A stretch of DNA of 60,292 nucleotides from Nitrososphaeraceae archaeon (GCA_035297365.1 DATGZA010000007.1:1-60292); one strand, 5' to 3'. Shown: positions 1 to 10,764, counted from the stretch's first letter. Numbers and translations are program-made. Notes: generated from the letters alone by a model not told the origin.

Positions 1-456
1 GCAAAATCTGGAAAAATCCCACCAAATGAAGCCTTTGAATATAAATTTGAACAACTAGGAACATTTACCTTCAGCTCTCCAAAATTTCCTTGGATGAAAG
101 GTATAATTAAAGTTACAGATGATCTGGATAACGCTATAAAGAAAGATTTGAATGGTGTGAATGTAGATTTAACTTGGACACCAAAGGATATAAAAAATAA
201 TACTGTAAATTTCAAAATTATTTTCACCGATTCTAAGAGTAAGAACAACTATGAACATGTAGATTATATCTTTGCCATCAAGGACCAAAACGGTAAAACT
301 ATTTTCCAAGGATTTCCACGACATTCTGGATGGGGAGTTGAACAATCATCTTACAAATTCGATGATTTTTACAAGTCCCCTTATGCAGAAATAACTATTA
401 CTAGTTTAGCTTTTCAACCGATAGATCAAATTACTTCTAAATTTAACCTTCAATAA
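1..456 (+). CDS. 5'-truncated cupredoxin-fold protein (C-terminal part); degenerate type-1 copper loop followed by an Ig-like domain
   Basis: Frame 1 is open from base 1: AKSGKIPPNEAFEYKFEQLGTFTFSSPKFPWMKGIIKV matches the plastocyanin-like SG.I.P...F.Y.F...G.Y.Y.C..HPWM.G.I.V pattern; it continues into the 94..456 ORF. Confidence 0.65.
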   Translation, partial: AKSGKIPPNEAFEYKFEQLGTFTFSSPKFPWMKGIIKVTDDLDNAIKKDLNGVNVDLTWTPKDIKNNTVNFKIIFTDSKSKNNYEHVDYIFAIKDQNGKTIFQGFPRHSGWGVEQSSYKFDDFYKSPYAEITITSLAFQPIDQITSKFNLQ

Positions 457-515
457 CTTTTTTTGTTTTAATACTTCTCATTATTTACAAGACATCAGAT
501 GATACTATAATTTCT

Positions 516-3500
516 TTGTTCAACAAAATTATTATAACATTTAGTTATCTTTATTACCTGTATTTGATTAAAAATTTACAATATTTACATATCATAGTTT
601 TTACGCTTTCGATTCTCGTATTGGCAGGGCTTACTTGTGAGGCCTCAGCACATCCAGTTATTATAGATTCAAGCCCAAAACAATTCCAATCACTTGATTC
701 AGCACCAAAGGAGGCCTCTGTTTTTTTTAGTGAACCAATAGTGTTAAAGTTCAGTCAGATCTCAGTTTTAGACTCTGGGGGAGATCGAGTGGATAGGGGA
801 ACACCATCTAACGTAAATGGTGATTTAGCATCATTAAGTATCCCGTTGAATGAAAATCTGACTTCGGGAACCTATACTGTTGTAACTAAAGTTCTCTCTG
901 CGGTAGATGGACATGTGGTAGATAGTTCAGTTGTGTTCAATATTGGAAAGGGAGGAGTTACATTTGATCAAGGAAATATTACTTCAAAAAATGTACTCGA
1001 TCTATTGTCAATTGAAAATGCTTTGGCAAATATTTTTGGTTATGTTGGTCACGTAGTTCTGATTGGAGCGCCTCTTATTTTCTTATGGATAACAATACCT
1101 ATTAGAAATTTCAAATGGATACTTGAGACTCTTAAGTTAGATATTTTTACTGTCAAAAGAAAATTGCTGATATTATCTATAATTTCAGCTTTGCTTGTTA
1201 TTTTTTCTATTATTTTACTGATGTTTTTTCAAGCGATATCAATAGGTGGAACAATTGGCGATGTAATATCTACTGAATTTGGAACAATGGTTCTCGTCAG
1301 ACTCATTTTATCTACAATCCTACTAGTTTCCCTCGTATTTCTGTATAGAAAAAACAAAAAGCAATCTGATTTAAATACAAAAAATATCGCATATATTATG
1401 ATTTTTGGATTCATCCTTCTTTTTACTCACAGTCTGATATCTCATGCTGCAGCTCTGGACAATTTTGTCCCGATATTGGTAGATTATTTTCATATAATTT
1501 TAGCTTCTATATGGATAGGAGGTCTGATTTTTCTAGGATTTATATTAGTACCTACACTTTCATGCTCATCCATTAAGGTCGAAGAACTAAAGGTAAAATT
1601 GATATCGATTATTATTCCTAGATTTTCAAGAATTATTCTACCGACCATTGCACTCACAATAATCACCGGACCGTCATTGTTATATTCTCTTGAAAACAAT
1701 TTTCCAATTATTCTTTCTTCTCTTTATGGAAAAATCTTGATTTGCAAATTAATTCTAGCTTCAATAATGATAGCTTTGGGATCTTATCATCAATTTGTCA
1801 CCCAGAAAAAGATCAATACTGTTTTAGTGAAAACAGTCGGAGGTGTGGATCCGATACCTGTAAACTCTCTAATTCTAAATAAATTTTCATCAAGTCTAAA
1901 AATAGAATCTTGTATCGGTATACTTCTTTTATTTACCGTTTCTTTGATGGCTAACATGGTACTACCTTCTGGGGAATTCTCTTCACTTCAATTATCTAAT
2001 TATGATGAAAATATTTATAATACAAGATCTCCTGTACAGGATAGTAACATATTTTCAACCACTCTTTATTCAAATGATCAAAAGATCTCTATTACTTTAG
2101 ATCCCGCTAGACTGGGTGAAAACAAGATATCGGCATCATTTGCAGCCTCAGATGGAAAGATAGATACAAATATAGAGGCGGCCACCGTCAGATTAGTCCA
2201 ACTCGAAAAAGGTATTGGACCTATCCAGGTCGAAATGAATAAAGATTCTAATGGTGTATTCTCTGGAAATATTCCATTCAGTACATTGGGATTATGGAAT
2301 GTGGAGTTACAGGGAAAAACGTCGAAAACAGGTATTCCGAACACCGTATCTTCCTTTAATATAAATATAAAACCCAAATTGAATGACCTTAAATTCAACG
2401 TAACAGAATATAAATTTCCAGTTGATACTCTCCCATTATATCCAGTTTATCATCCTCAAAGTAATTCAATTTGGGTAGGCGATACTAAACCTGGAAGTGG
2501 GCAATTGTGGGAATTTCATTTAGATACTAAAACCTTTACCAAACATAGGATAAATGGAACCAATCTTATTACTTTGTCTGTTTTCGACCCCCATGATAAC
2601 AACATATTATGGTTTATCGATCCAACTTCCAATATGATCGGAAAATACGATATAGTTACTAGACAGTATACTAATATTGAAATTCCTGAAGAAGGTATTA
2701 TATCTGGTATAGCAATAGACGATAATCAGAATCTCTGGTTAAGTAATATTGAAAATAATTCTATTTTAAAATATGATTTGAAGAATAATAAATTTGAATC
2801 ACTGATCATTCCAACTAACGATTCTAGACCTCTCAGCTTGCTCTTTGATCAAGATAATGAGAACATCTGGTTTGTTGAATCTGCGGGTAAAATAGGGAAA
2901 ATAGATACTCGAACCAACAATATCACAGAATATGCAAATGATATATCCACTGATGGTAAAGTTATGTCAGAACCTACTTTCTTGTTCTTAGATCCTTTGA
3001 CCTCAAATTTATTTATTAGTGACCATAAAGATAATACGGTATTACATTTTAATTCTTTTTTAGAAACATTTACAAAATATAAACTAACTGATGTAAACGG
3101 ACTTGCTTTTGGAATCGCATCTGATAAATATGACAATTTATGGATAGCCCAGCATGTTTCAGACACCTTAGCAGTATTGGAACCCGAAACAGGAGAGACC
3201 ATGAACATCAATATACCCAAAAAAGGATCCTTTGTTCAATACGTCATTTCTGATTCTGATGGTGAAATATGGTTTGCAGAACAGAGGGGTAATGCCTTGG
3301 GGAAGATCACAACAACTTTTAATCCATCGAATATACAGTCAACTACTGACGTAAAGACTTCATCAATAAAATCGGATAAGAATAAAGATAAAACGTTAAC
3401 CAACATATTTGGTATAGATATTTCTAAAGTAAGATTCGGTGATGTATTCGGTCCGTTGATAGTAATTGGATTAATTTTAACTACACTGCTGTTTATTAAA

Positions 3501-3584
3501 AATGAAAAAAGACTTAGAGACAGCTTAATTGAAATGGATAGATATGAGGATATTACCAACAAATTAAGGAAAAGTGAAAAATAG
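516..3584 (+). CDS. Copper resistance CopC-CopD fusion with YtkA-like and Vgb-lyase-like beta-propeller domains, C-terminal TM anchor
   Basis: AHPVIIDSSP and LSAVDGHVV (CopC); multi-TM region with SHAAA, H..LASIWIGGL and RFS (CopD); repeated IWF.E/LWI..H blades; hydrophobic C-terminus. True start may lie downstream of 516. Confidence 0.85.
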   Translation: MFNKIIITFSYLYYLYLIKNLQYLHIIVFTLSILVLAGLTCEASAHPVIIDSSPKQFQSLDSAPKEASVFFSEPIVLKFSQISVLDSGGDRVDRGTPSNVNGDLASLSIPLNENLTSGTYTVVTKVLSAVDGHVVDSSVVFNIGKGGVTFDQGNITSKNVLDLLSIENALANIFGYVGHVVLIGAPLIFLWITIPIRNFKWILETLKLDIFTVKRKLLILSIISALLVIFSIILLMFFQAISIGGTIGDVISTEFGTMVLVRLILSTILLVSLVFLYRKNKKQSDLNTKNIAYIMIFGFILLFTHSLISHAAALDNFVPILVDYFHIILASIWIGGLIFLGFILVPTLSCSSIKVEELKVKLISIIIPRFSRIILPTIALTIITGPSLLYSLENNFPIILSSLYGKILICKLILASIMIALGSYHQFVTQKKINTVLVKTVGGVDPIPVNSLILNKFSSSLKIESCIGILLLFTVSLMANMVLPSGEFSSLQLSNYDENIYNTRSPVQDSNIFSTTLYSNDQKISITLDPARLGENKISASFAASDGKIDTNIEAATVRLVQLEKGIGPIQVEMNKDSNGVFSGNIPFSTLGLWNVELQGKTSKTGIPNTVSSFNINIKPKLNDLKFNVTEYKFPVDTLPLYPVYHPQSNSIWVGDTKPGSGQLWEFHLDTKTFTKHRINGTNLITLSVFDPHDNNILWFIDPTSNMIGKYDIVTRQYTNIEIPEEGIISGIAIDDNQNLWLSNIENNSILKYDLKNNKFESLIIPTNDSRPLSLLFDQDNENIWFVESAGKIGKIDTRTNNITEYANDISTDGKVMSEPTFLFLDPLTSNLFISDHKDNTVLHFNSFLETFTKYKLTDVNGLAFGIASDKYDNLWIAQHVSDTLAVLEPETGETMNINIPKKGSFVQYVISDSDGEIWFAEQRGNALGKITTTFNPSNIQSTTDVKTSSIKSDKNKDKTLTNIFGIDISKVRFGDVFGPLIVIGLILTTLLFIKNEKRLRDSLIEMDRYEDITNKLRKSEK

Positions 3585-3777
3585 CACAATGTGCATTCAG
3601 AATGTAATTCATCTCATAATGTATTTTGCAATTGGAAAAATTTTTCTTATGAAGGGTAACATCAACTTTTAGGGGCCCACTGTGCTTTACAAGCTACTTT
3701 ATAAATAGACCATCTCATTTTTTTAGTAAAGAAAGATTTTATAATCGATCTTAGCTCTCATAAGGAAAACGAGAAAA

Positions 3778-5943
3778 TTGAAGTCGCTGTATTTTTTCCT
3801 GTGCATCATTTTTACGATAGCTATAGGAAATTCTATTATAATTTTTGCAGAATCGGACAGTAAAATAATCTATTCTAACTGGATCCTAATAATAAATTCT
3901 CTTATTGCTGCAGGGCTTTCTTCGTATATTCTTCTTAAAAATAGAGAAAATCTTGCAGGTGATAAAGAAAATATTCTTTTAACAATAGGACTCGTTTTCT
4001 GGTTTATTGCCAATATTATATGGGCATATTATGAAGTAGTTTTGGATATTGTAGCACCTGTACCCTCCATTGCAGATTTTTTCTTAATGTCCGCATATGT
4101 TTTTTTAATTTACAGATTAATGATAATAAAAAAGAACCTCGGTCACATTATAGATAGAAAAATTATGTTTCTAATAATATCTGTAACTGGATTATTCTTA
4201 ATTTATATTTTAACGTTGACATTGGATCTTGCTGAAACATCCAACTTTCGAGGTCTGATGTTATTTATTGTTACACTAGCTTATCCAACTTTAAATTCGT
4301 TATTAACAATTCTTGCAGTAACAATTCTGCTTGGTATTAAGAACGATAAACATCATCTTGTCCCGTGGGTATGCGAATTGGTGGGATTCTTAGCAATTGT
4401 AATAGGCGATAGCTGGTTTGCGATAATAGTTCTGACAACATATGTTGAGCAACTCTGGATTTCTACTTTGTTGCTCTCAGCACATTATTTACTAATTGCT
4501 GGTGGTCTTATCTGGTATTTACGGTATTCTATTAAATGGAATTCAAAAGATCTTATCTTCAGAATTGTTGGTGGAATGCAAAGGAGGATTTCTAAGAAGA
4601 TGATTATTACGTCGATTACTATTCTTTCACTGCTTTTGTTTTCTGGATTTTACATTAACAATGGATTCAATGGTAATGAAAAAAATTCGTTATTACTTGA
4701 GAAAAATCATAATGCTGAAAATTCATTTCTTTCTGCTGTTGGAGAAACTAATAAAGATTTTGTAGTTGGAGCTATAATACCATTTACTGGTTCATTTTCT
4801 TCAATAGGGAAACCAATAAAAGTGGCCCTGGAAAAAGCAGAATATGATGTAAACAAGTATTTTGAAAAAATGAATTATTCATCTAGATTCAATCTAGTTA
4901 TGGCTAATTCAAAAACAGATCCAAATGACTCTCTTGAAGCGATAAAACAACTTCATTCACTTGGCGCAAGGATCATTGTCGGACCTGCAACCAGTACTGC
5001 CGTTTCTGCGGTAAAAGAATATGCAGATACCAATGATATCATACTGCTAAGCTATTCCAGTACTTCTCCATTACTCTCTATAAAAGGAGACAATCTACTA
5101 AGATTGATACCAGATGACATTAACCAAGGGAGAGTTATTGCAGAAAGAATGATTAAAGATGGTATAAAAGTTGTCGTTCCAATGTGGAGAGGGGATATCT
5201 ATGGAAATGAACTTTACAAATCTACCAAATTTCATTTTGAAAAACTGGGAGGTAAAATGGAAGATGGAATAAACTACAAGCCACATACTGGAAAATTTGC
5301 TACGAGCTTACATAGAATTAATTTTATTATGTGGAATGAAGATCTTGAAAAATTAAACAATATTCTAGCTGAGGCGATAAAAAAATACGATAGTAAATCA
5401 GTAGGGGTGTATATAATCTCTTTTGATGAAATAACTCCAATACTAATTCAATCTCCTATATTTCATTCACTTGGAAATGTCAGATGGTATGGAAGTGATA
5501 GTATAGCTCAAAATCATCATATTACAAAGAATACAGACTCTGCTTTATTTGCAATTAAAACCAATTTTTCTAATCCACTATTTTCCATAGATATCACAAA
5601 TCCCAAAATTCATGCTTTAATTGAAGAACTCGATAATGAGTTACACCATACAGAATCAATAACATATCCCGCGATAGCTTATGATTGTTTCTGGATTTCA
5701 TCCTTAAGCTTGGATAAGAATAGTACTAGTAACTATGTTGAGATGAAAAACATTAGGAAAACTTTTAAAGATATTGTGATAGAAACAGCAGAATCTTTTG
5801 ATGGTATTTCTGGAAAAATAAAACTTAATGAAGCAGGAGATCGTACAGGTGAAAATTATGATTTCTGGACAGTTTCTAAAGATGAGCACAACGGTCATTA
5901 TATATGGAAAATAGAAGATGATCCAGTAGGGTCCATTCATTAA
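3778..5943 (+). CDS. Multi-TM membrane domain fused to a type I periplasmic-binding (LivJ/ANF-receptor-like) domain
   Basis: About 9 hydrophobic segments with PSIADFFL and AYP motifs; then VGAIIPFTG, IVGPATS, LSYSSTSPLLS, LRLIPDD, YGSD, AYDCFW and GISGKIKLNEAGDR. Confidence 0.8.
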   Translation: MKSLYFFLCIIFTIAIGNSIIIFAESDSKIIYSNWILIINSLIAAGLSSYILLKNRENLAGDKENILLTIGLVFWFIANIIWAYYEVVLDIVAPVPSIADFFLMSAYVFLIYRLMIIKKNLGHIIDRKIMFLIISVTGLFLIYILTLTLDLAETSNFRGLMLFIVTLAYPTLNSLLTILAVTILLGIKNDKHHLVPWVCELVGFLAIVIGDSWFAIIVLTTYVEQLWISTLLLSAHYLLIAGGLIWYLRYSIKWNSKDLIFRIVGGMQRRISKKMIITSITILSLLLFSGFYINNGFNGNEKNSLLLEKNHNAENSFLSAVGETNKDFVVGAIIPFTGSFSSIGKPIKVALEKAEYDVNKYFEKMNYSSRFNLVMANSKTDPNDSLEAIKQLHSLGARIIVGPATSTAVSAVKEYADTNDIILLSYSSTSPLLSIKGDNLLRLIPDDINQGRVIAERMIKDGIKVVVPMWRGDIYGNELYKSTKFHFEKLGGKMEDGINYKPHTGKFATSLHRINFIMWNEDLEKLNNILAEAIKKYDSKSVGVYIISFDEITPILIQSPIFHSLGNVRWYGSDSIAQNHHITKNTDSALFAIKTNFSNPLFSIDITNPKIHALIEELDNELHHTESITYPAIAYDCFWISSLSLDKNSTSNYVEMKNIRKTFKDIVIETAESFDGISGKIKLNEAGDRTGENYDFWTVSKDEHNGHYIWKIEDDPVGSIH

Positions 5944-6077
5944 AAAAAATAGAATTTATTCACGCGTTAACTTAAAATAGAGATCTTCCACGTTTCTATT
6001 ATGTTCTTTGGCCAATTTTAGAAAATTCTTTTAAATCTACTCTTAAATTTTTCTCAACATCGAATAAATTCACTAAA

Positions 6078-6113
6078 TAACATAAAACGTGATCTTAACA
6101 TAAAACATGATCT
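6078..6113. repeat. 2 x 18-bp tandem repeat TAACATAAAAC(G/A)TGATCT
   Basis: Read directly; one mismatch between copies; intergenic. Confidence 0.7.
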
Positions 6114-6734
6114 TTACATTTTCAAATAATTTCATATCGCAAATGGAATGATTAATTTATGTATTGTTTGATTATTCATATTTGACTTGTTTGATTAATA
6201 CTACCTAAAGATATATCTAGAAAATTTACTGGCCAAATTGTAATTATTAAATGTGCCTGAACAATCTGAGTTTAACTAAATAAGAAATATCTACGAGAAG
6301 ATAAATCTATATTATTGCTGAATATAACTTTTACCTAATATAGTAATGAAAACCAAATATTCTTAATCCTTTATCCTATTTCATGTCAGAGATACTAATT
6401 CCAATTCAACGTAAATTACTTAATTTGCGAAGGTTAGGATCTTATATCTTTCCGGGATTTTCATTAGTGTTTATGGGATATATTTTACTTCAAATGATAC
6501 TTAATTACCCGCCAAAATCAATAGGAATATTGCCATAACAAAATGATTTTGATATAACAAGATGAAAACCGATTTGGGATGAAGCAGACACTATCGTCAA
6601 TCTAAAAGCTAGGACAACTTTTAATATTTAATATTAAAAAAAATTATTTATACTTAATTTCTAAATAAACATATTCCAAAGTAACCAAATATCGTGAAAA
6701 ATTCATTCTATCAAGATAAATATATTATGGATGG

Positions 6735-7355
6735 ATGTATTTCATCTTTATGAAAATGAAGCAATTTTATACCATATTATCTATTTTCAGTATATTATTT
6801 TTTATCATATTGAATATTTTAAATTCTAACCTACCTGTCTTTTCTCAGGATGAGTCTCCTTTTTTAAAATATGATAATAATAGATTCAATTTTTCTATTG
6901 AATATCCTAGTACTTGGAATCTTAGAGAGATTCCAACTGCATCTGTGGTGAACCTCTTTAATATTGAGATTATAACCCCATTTTCAGATACTCATGATAT
7001 GATTCAAGAAAAATTTCTTCTTAGTATAAACAAACTACCTCAAAACGTTACTTTTAAAAAATATGTAGATGATGCTCTGGAACAATTTAATAAAACATAC
7101 ACTGCATTCAAATTAATATCAGATAAAACAACAAATGAAGATAATCTACCATCTAGAACCATTTCTTATTCGTACGTAGCCGGTTTGATCCCAATGACTA
7201 CAAAATTCGTAATGACTCACGAAATATTTTTATATAATGACAAGATTTATGTACTCTCATTTGGAACACCTCCAGATAAATATTATGATTTTTTGCCAAT
7301 AGCAGAAAAAATATTTGATTCGTTCTCTATAACAAATTCTACTCCAAAAATATAA
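6735..7355 (+). CDS. Secreted PsbP-like protein
   Basis: Signal anchor; FLKYDNNRFNFSIEYPSTW; KIYVLSF...YYDFLPIAEKIFDSF C-terminus typical of PsbP-related proteins. Confidence 0.75.
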   Translation: MYFIFMKMKQFYTILSIFSILFFIILNILNSNLPVFSQDESPFLKYDNNRFNFSIEYPSTWNLREIPTASVVNLFNIEIITPFSDTHDMIQEKFLLSINKLPQNVTFKKYVDDALEQFNKTYTAFKLISDKTTNEDNLPSRTISYSYVAGLIPMTTKFVMTHEIFLYNDKIYVLSFGTPPDKYYDFLPIAEKIFDSFSITNSTPKI

Positions 7356-8105
7356 CTATAATGATATATTTTAAAGTTTTTAAAGAATCACGACATGCGG
7401 AACATCATACGAATCATTTTAAACAATTCCGTTCAAACCATTATACCAAGATAATCAGTAATGATCAACTTATTATGTATCAATATCTGGCTAAAATAAT
7501 CCTGCAAGAATAGGAAGAATAGATCAAGTCGTTATTGCTTAAAAGTAAATTCTAAGTTAAAATTTGAATAAAAAATCAAGGATCAAACCAGTTGATCGAG
7601 TCAATCTTTTCTACGTAAATTGTTCTTTTACAGAAGATCATCGTCTCATTGACGGCAATTTAAAATTATGTACTAGATACGATAGAAGATTTTGAAAAAA
7701 GAATTTTATCATAGGCAAATTTTATACACAATGTCGGGAAAATTATTGATAGATTCTTAAGCAAATATTGCTAAAAGCAATATTGTGAAAATACATGTCA
7801 TTAACAACCATGAAATATAAAGTAATTCTTAAGCAAATTTTGAATAATGGATTGAAGAGGTTTAATCGAAATTATTTGGTTGACCGTGGTGTAATCACCT
7901 GGCTTCCTTTGGAGTATTACAAAGAGGACAGAGATTTTACACAAGACAATCAACGGGGTTATGATTGTCACAAAAATTTGTGATCAAACAACTTGGTTTT
8001 TGATTTTTTTCCTCAACCTTGTTTTGTCTGATATTGAGTTATACGCAAGTCTTCAGGTATCAAATATTCTAATAGAAATAGTGATAAAAATGAAAAAATG
8101 AAAAA

Positions 8106-8267
8106 TTAAATATTTATTTCACTGTTACATCGTTTGTTCTTCAATTTCTTAGATATATCCTTTATTGTTGTATCAAAAGGATCTTCGCAATTTGCGACTT
8201 TGTCAAGGTCTACAAAGGTTTCCTGAGATGATGCTATTGTCCAGTATATTGATTTTTTTCTTCTCAT
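8106..8267 (-). CDS. Possible 53-aa ribbon-helix-helix/antitoxin-like microprotein (not in ORF track)
   Basis: MRRKKSIYWTIASSQETFVDLDKVANCEDPFDTTIKDISKKLKNKRCNSEINI resembles archaeal TI.VS.E....L..L....DSF.DVI..L small proteins, but is divergent. Confidence 0.35.
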   Translation of the reverse strand: MRRKKSIYWTIASSQETFVDLDKVANCEDPFDTTIKDISKKLKNKRCNSEINI

Positions 8268-8634
8268 ATTTTATAAATAAAACCAAAATTATTTATTACT
8301 TCGTACTAAAAAGTATAAACAAGGTACTTTACGGTTTATAACTTGTCATTTCAGTAGAGTTTTTACGGTTTAGTGTATCTCAAATTCATCCTAATCCTGT
8401 TCAAATACTAAAAATAAAGTTCAATTATAAAACTGACAGGAATGTCAAAGAATGATAATAGATGTGATCACTTTTAGATAAAAAAATAATACACCAAATC
8501 ACCATTCCTGAAAGAATTATTCTGTACTTTACTTATTCAAATTAAATAAAAGTATCAAATTTTCTCAAATGAAGTATCTGGTATGCTTTTATTAACTGTA
8601 TAAATTATTATAACCAATACTGATGATCTAAAAT

Positions 8635-8997
8635 GTGCTCTATCGGGTGTGCGATTCTGGTTTTATTCGCGACAATACAATTAACCTATTTACTATTAAG
8701 ACCAACAAAAATGACCTCTCTTTAGATCTTTTGGTAGGTAAGAAAAACAATAATCTGTTTGCATTTGATAACTATTGTCCACATAGAGGTGCTTCGCTAT
8801 CAAAAAGCGAATTATCCTGTGATTCGAATAGGATAGTATGTTATCTTCATGACTTTGAATATGATATTTTTTCGGGAAAATTAGAGAAGATACCGGACAA
8901 ATGGATGGACCAGAGCACGGAATGGAAGAAATCCAAGGATCTAACTCTTTACAAGATATTAGAAAAGGATGGGAGTATCTTTGTTGACATTCCTTAA
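8635..8997 (+). CDS. Rieske [2Fe-2S] ferredoxin
   Basis: CPHRG and CYLH ligand motifs, followed by YDIFSG. Confidence 0.9.
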   Translation: MLYRVCDSGFIRDNTINLFTIKTNKNDLSLDLLVGKKNNNLFAFDNYCPHRGASLSKSELSCDSNRIVCYLHDFEYDIFSGKLEKIPDKWMDQSTEWKKSKDLTLYKILEKDGSIFVDIP

Positions 8998-9038
8998 CCT
9001 CAACATACTAATAAAATCAAAAAATTATTAAATAAGAT

Positions 9039-9344
9039 TCATTTCTTTTTTTCATACGAACCTTCTATTACTCGATTTTTTTCCGCATTAAGTTCTTCTA
9101 ATGTGAATGGATTTGCAAGTATTATTACAGTATCTTTAATTTTATTCTCATTATCAAGTTCTTGTCTTGTAAATACCGCCGCATATTGTATGTTTTTTAA
9201 AATATTATATACGGAATCGTCGATTTCTGATGGTGGTAAGGTTAATTCCAATTCTCTTAAAGGTACTACAGATCCATAGTCGTCAATATCTAACTGTGTA
9301 ACATTTACCTTATTGGGATTAATGTTGTTAATTTTTACTAACAT
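9039..9344 (-). CDS. Hypothetical protein
   Basis: 101-aa ORF with ATG start and protein-like composition; convergent with the Rieske gene. Confidence 0.6.
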   Translation of the reverse strand: MLVKINNINPNKVNVTQLDIDDYGSVVPLRELELTLPPSEIDDSVYNILKNIQYAAVFTRQELDNENKIKDTVIILANPFTLEELNAEKNRVIEGSYEKKK

Positions 9345-9570
9345 AGCATAATATAATAGAAACTCGTAATTACGTATTTCCTAAATATATCCAATTTGAT
9401 TCTTCTAATTTTTAGGTTTTATCTTTTTTATCAATGGAATTGGAATTGATTTAATAAAACAGAAAGGATATTTTCTAAATTCCCCAAAATTATTGGCAAA
9501 TCTGTTTAAATTAAGATGCTTTTATCGCCGTAGTCTTAATATTTATAATGTTAGTTTGGTGCATTTACAA

Positions 9571-10764
9571 ATGATGTCCCCTGATTGGAATAAATATAGA
9601 GATGATTTTCCGGTTATACAGAAATATACCTATCTTAACAATGCAGCTATATCACCGATACCTAAAACAGTATACCAGCAGACAACAAAATTTTACCGAG
9701 ATTCACTTTACTATGGTGGTACACTTTGGAATAGATGGGAAAAGATGATAGAGCAAACTCGTGAACTCTATGCTAAATTTATTGGAGCTGCAGGTCCTGA
9801 AGAGATTGCATTTACACATTCAACAAGCGAAGGAATGAATATTGTTGCTCATATGCTTTCAGAAAAAGGAATAGTAATCTTAAATGACCTGGAGTTTCCT
9901 GCAACAAACCTTCCTTGGATTAACAAAAACGATGGCAGAGAAAATCTAAAATTTGTTAAAGCAAGAGATCAAAATAAGATACTAATAAAAGATATAGTGG
10001 AAATGATAGACAAGACAAATTCTCTAAAGCCTCAAAGTGTCGTTAAAACTATTGTTACAAGTCATGTTCAATATTCGACTGGTTTCAAACAAGATTTAAA
10101 GCAGCTTGCAAAGATTTCAAAAAAATATGGTATTTTCCTTGTAGTCAATCTTACTCAGTCTTTGGGATGTATGTATTTTAATGTGAAAGATTTTGGTATT
10201 GATTTTGCAACCTCAAATGGTCATAAATGGTTATTGTCTTCTTTTGGTATTGGATCGCTATACATAAAAGGCACATATTTACGACAACCAAATCAATTCA
10301 GACCGTCATTCTTTAGTCAATCCGGCCAAAGGGATAGGAATCTATATAGCATTAACACTCAATTGTCAATGTCAAATACAGCAACAAAATTTGAGATAGG
10401 GTCTCCAAACTTACCGAATATAAGTGCATTAAATGCAGGATTACAATATATTTCAACAATTGGAATCAAAAATATAGAGCAAAGAATATTGCAGTTGACT
10501 GACTATATTATTGAAAAACTTCATTCCATCAATTTGAAAATTCTTTCACCAATTGAAGATAAAAATAATAGATCTGGAATAATACTATTTCAATCCAAAA
10601 ATAGAAAACCTTTGGACATAATAAAAATATTAGAAAAGAAATATAAAATAATTGTCTCAGCTCGTAGTAATGGTATTCGTATTTCTCCGCATTTCTATAA
10701 CAATGAGGATGATATCGATAAATTAGCTTCTGCTCTGGACAAAATTTTTTGTAACTCAGTTTGA
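9571..10764 (+). CDS. Class V PLP-dependent aminotransferase (cysteine desulfurase/kynureninase-like)
   Basis: YLNNAAISP, IAFTHSTSEG, SNGHKWLL (PLP lysine), FEIGSPN, GIRISPHFYNNEDDID; ATG at 9571 is the more plausible start. Confidence 0.9.
   Translation: MMSPDWNKYRDDFPVIQKYTYLNNAAISPIPKTVYQQTTKFYRDSLYYGGTLWNRWEKMIEQTRELYAKFIGAAGPEEIAFTHSTSEGMNIVAHMLSEKGIVILNDLEFPATNLPWINKNDGRENLKFVKARDQNKILIKDIVEMIDKTNSLKPQSVVKTIVTSHVQYSTGFKQDLKQLAKISKKYGIFLVVNLTQSLGCMYFNVKDFGIDFATSNGHKWLLSSFGIGSLYIKGTYLRQPNQFRPSFFSQSGQRDRNLYSINTQLSMSNTATKFEIGSPNLPNISALNAGLQYISTIGIKNIEQRILQLTDYIIEKLHSINLKILSPIEDKNNRSGIILFQSKNRKPLDIIKILEKKYKIIVSARSNGIRISPHFYNNEDDIDKLASALDKIFCNSV

Noticed and set aside
1229-3589. Antisense ORFs inside the copCD gene (and similar shadow ORFs in the 17072, 26849, 43643, 54592 and 57219 genes)
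   Set aside because: They overlap well-supported genes and show no motifs; they are expected from codon bias.
7795-7983. 62-aa ORF
   Set aside because: No recognisable motif; probably part of a decayed gene that I cannot assign.
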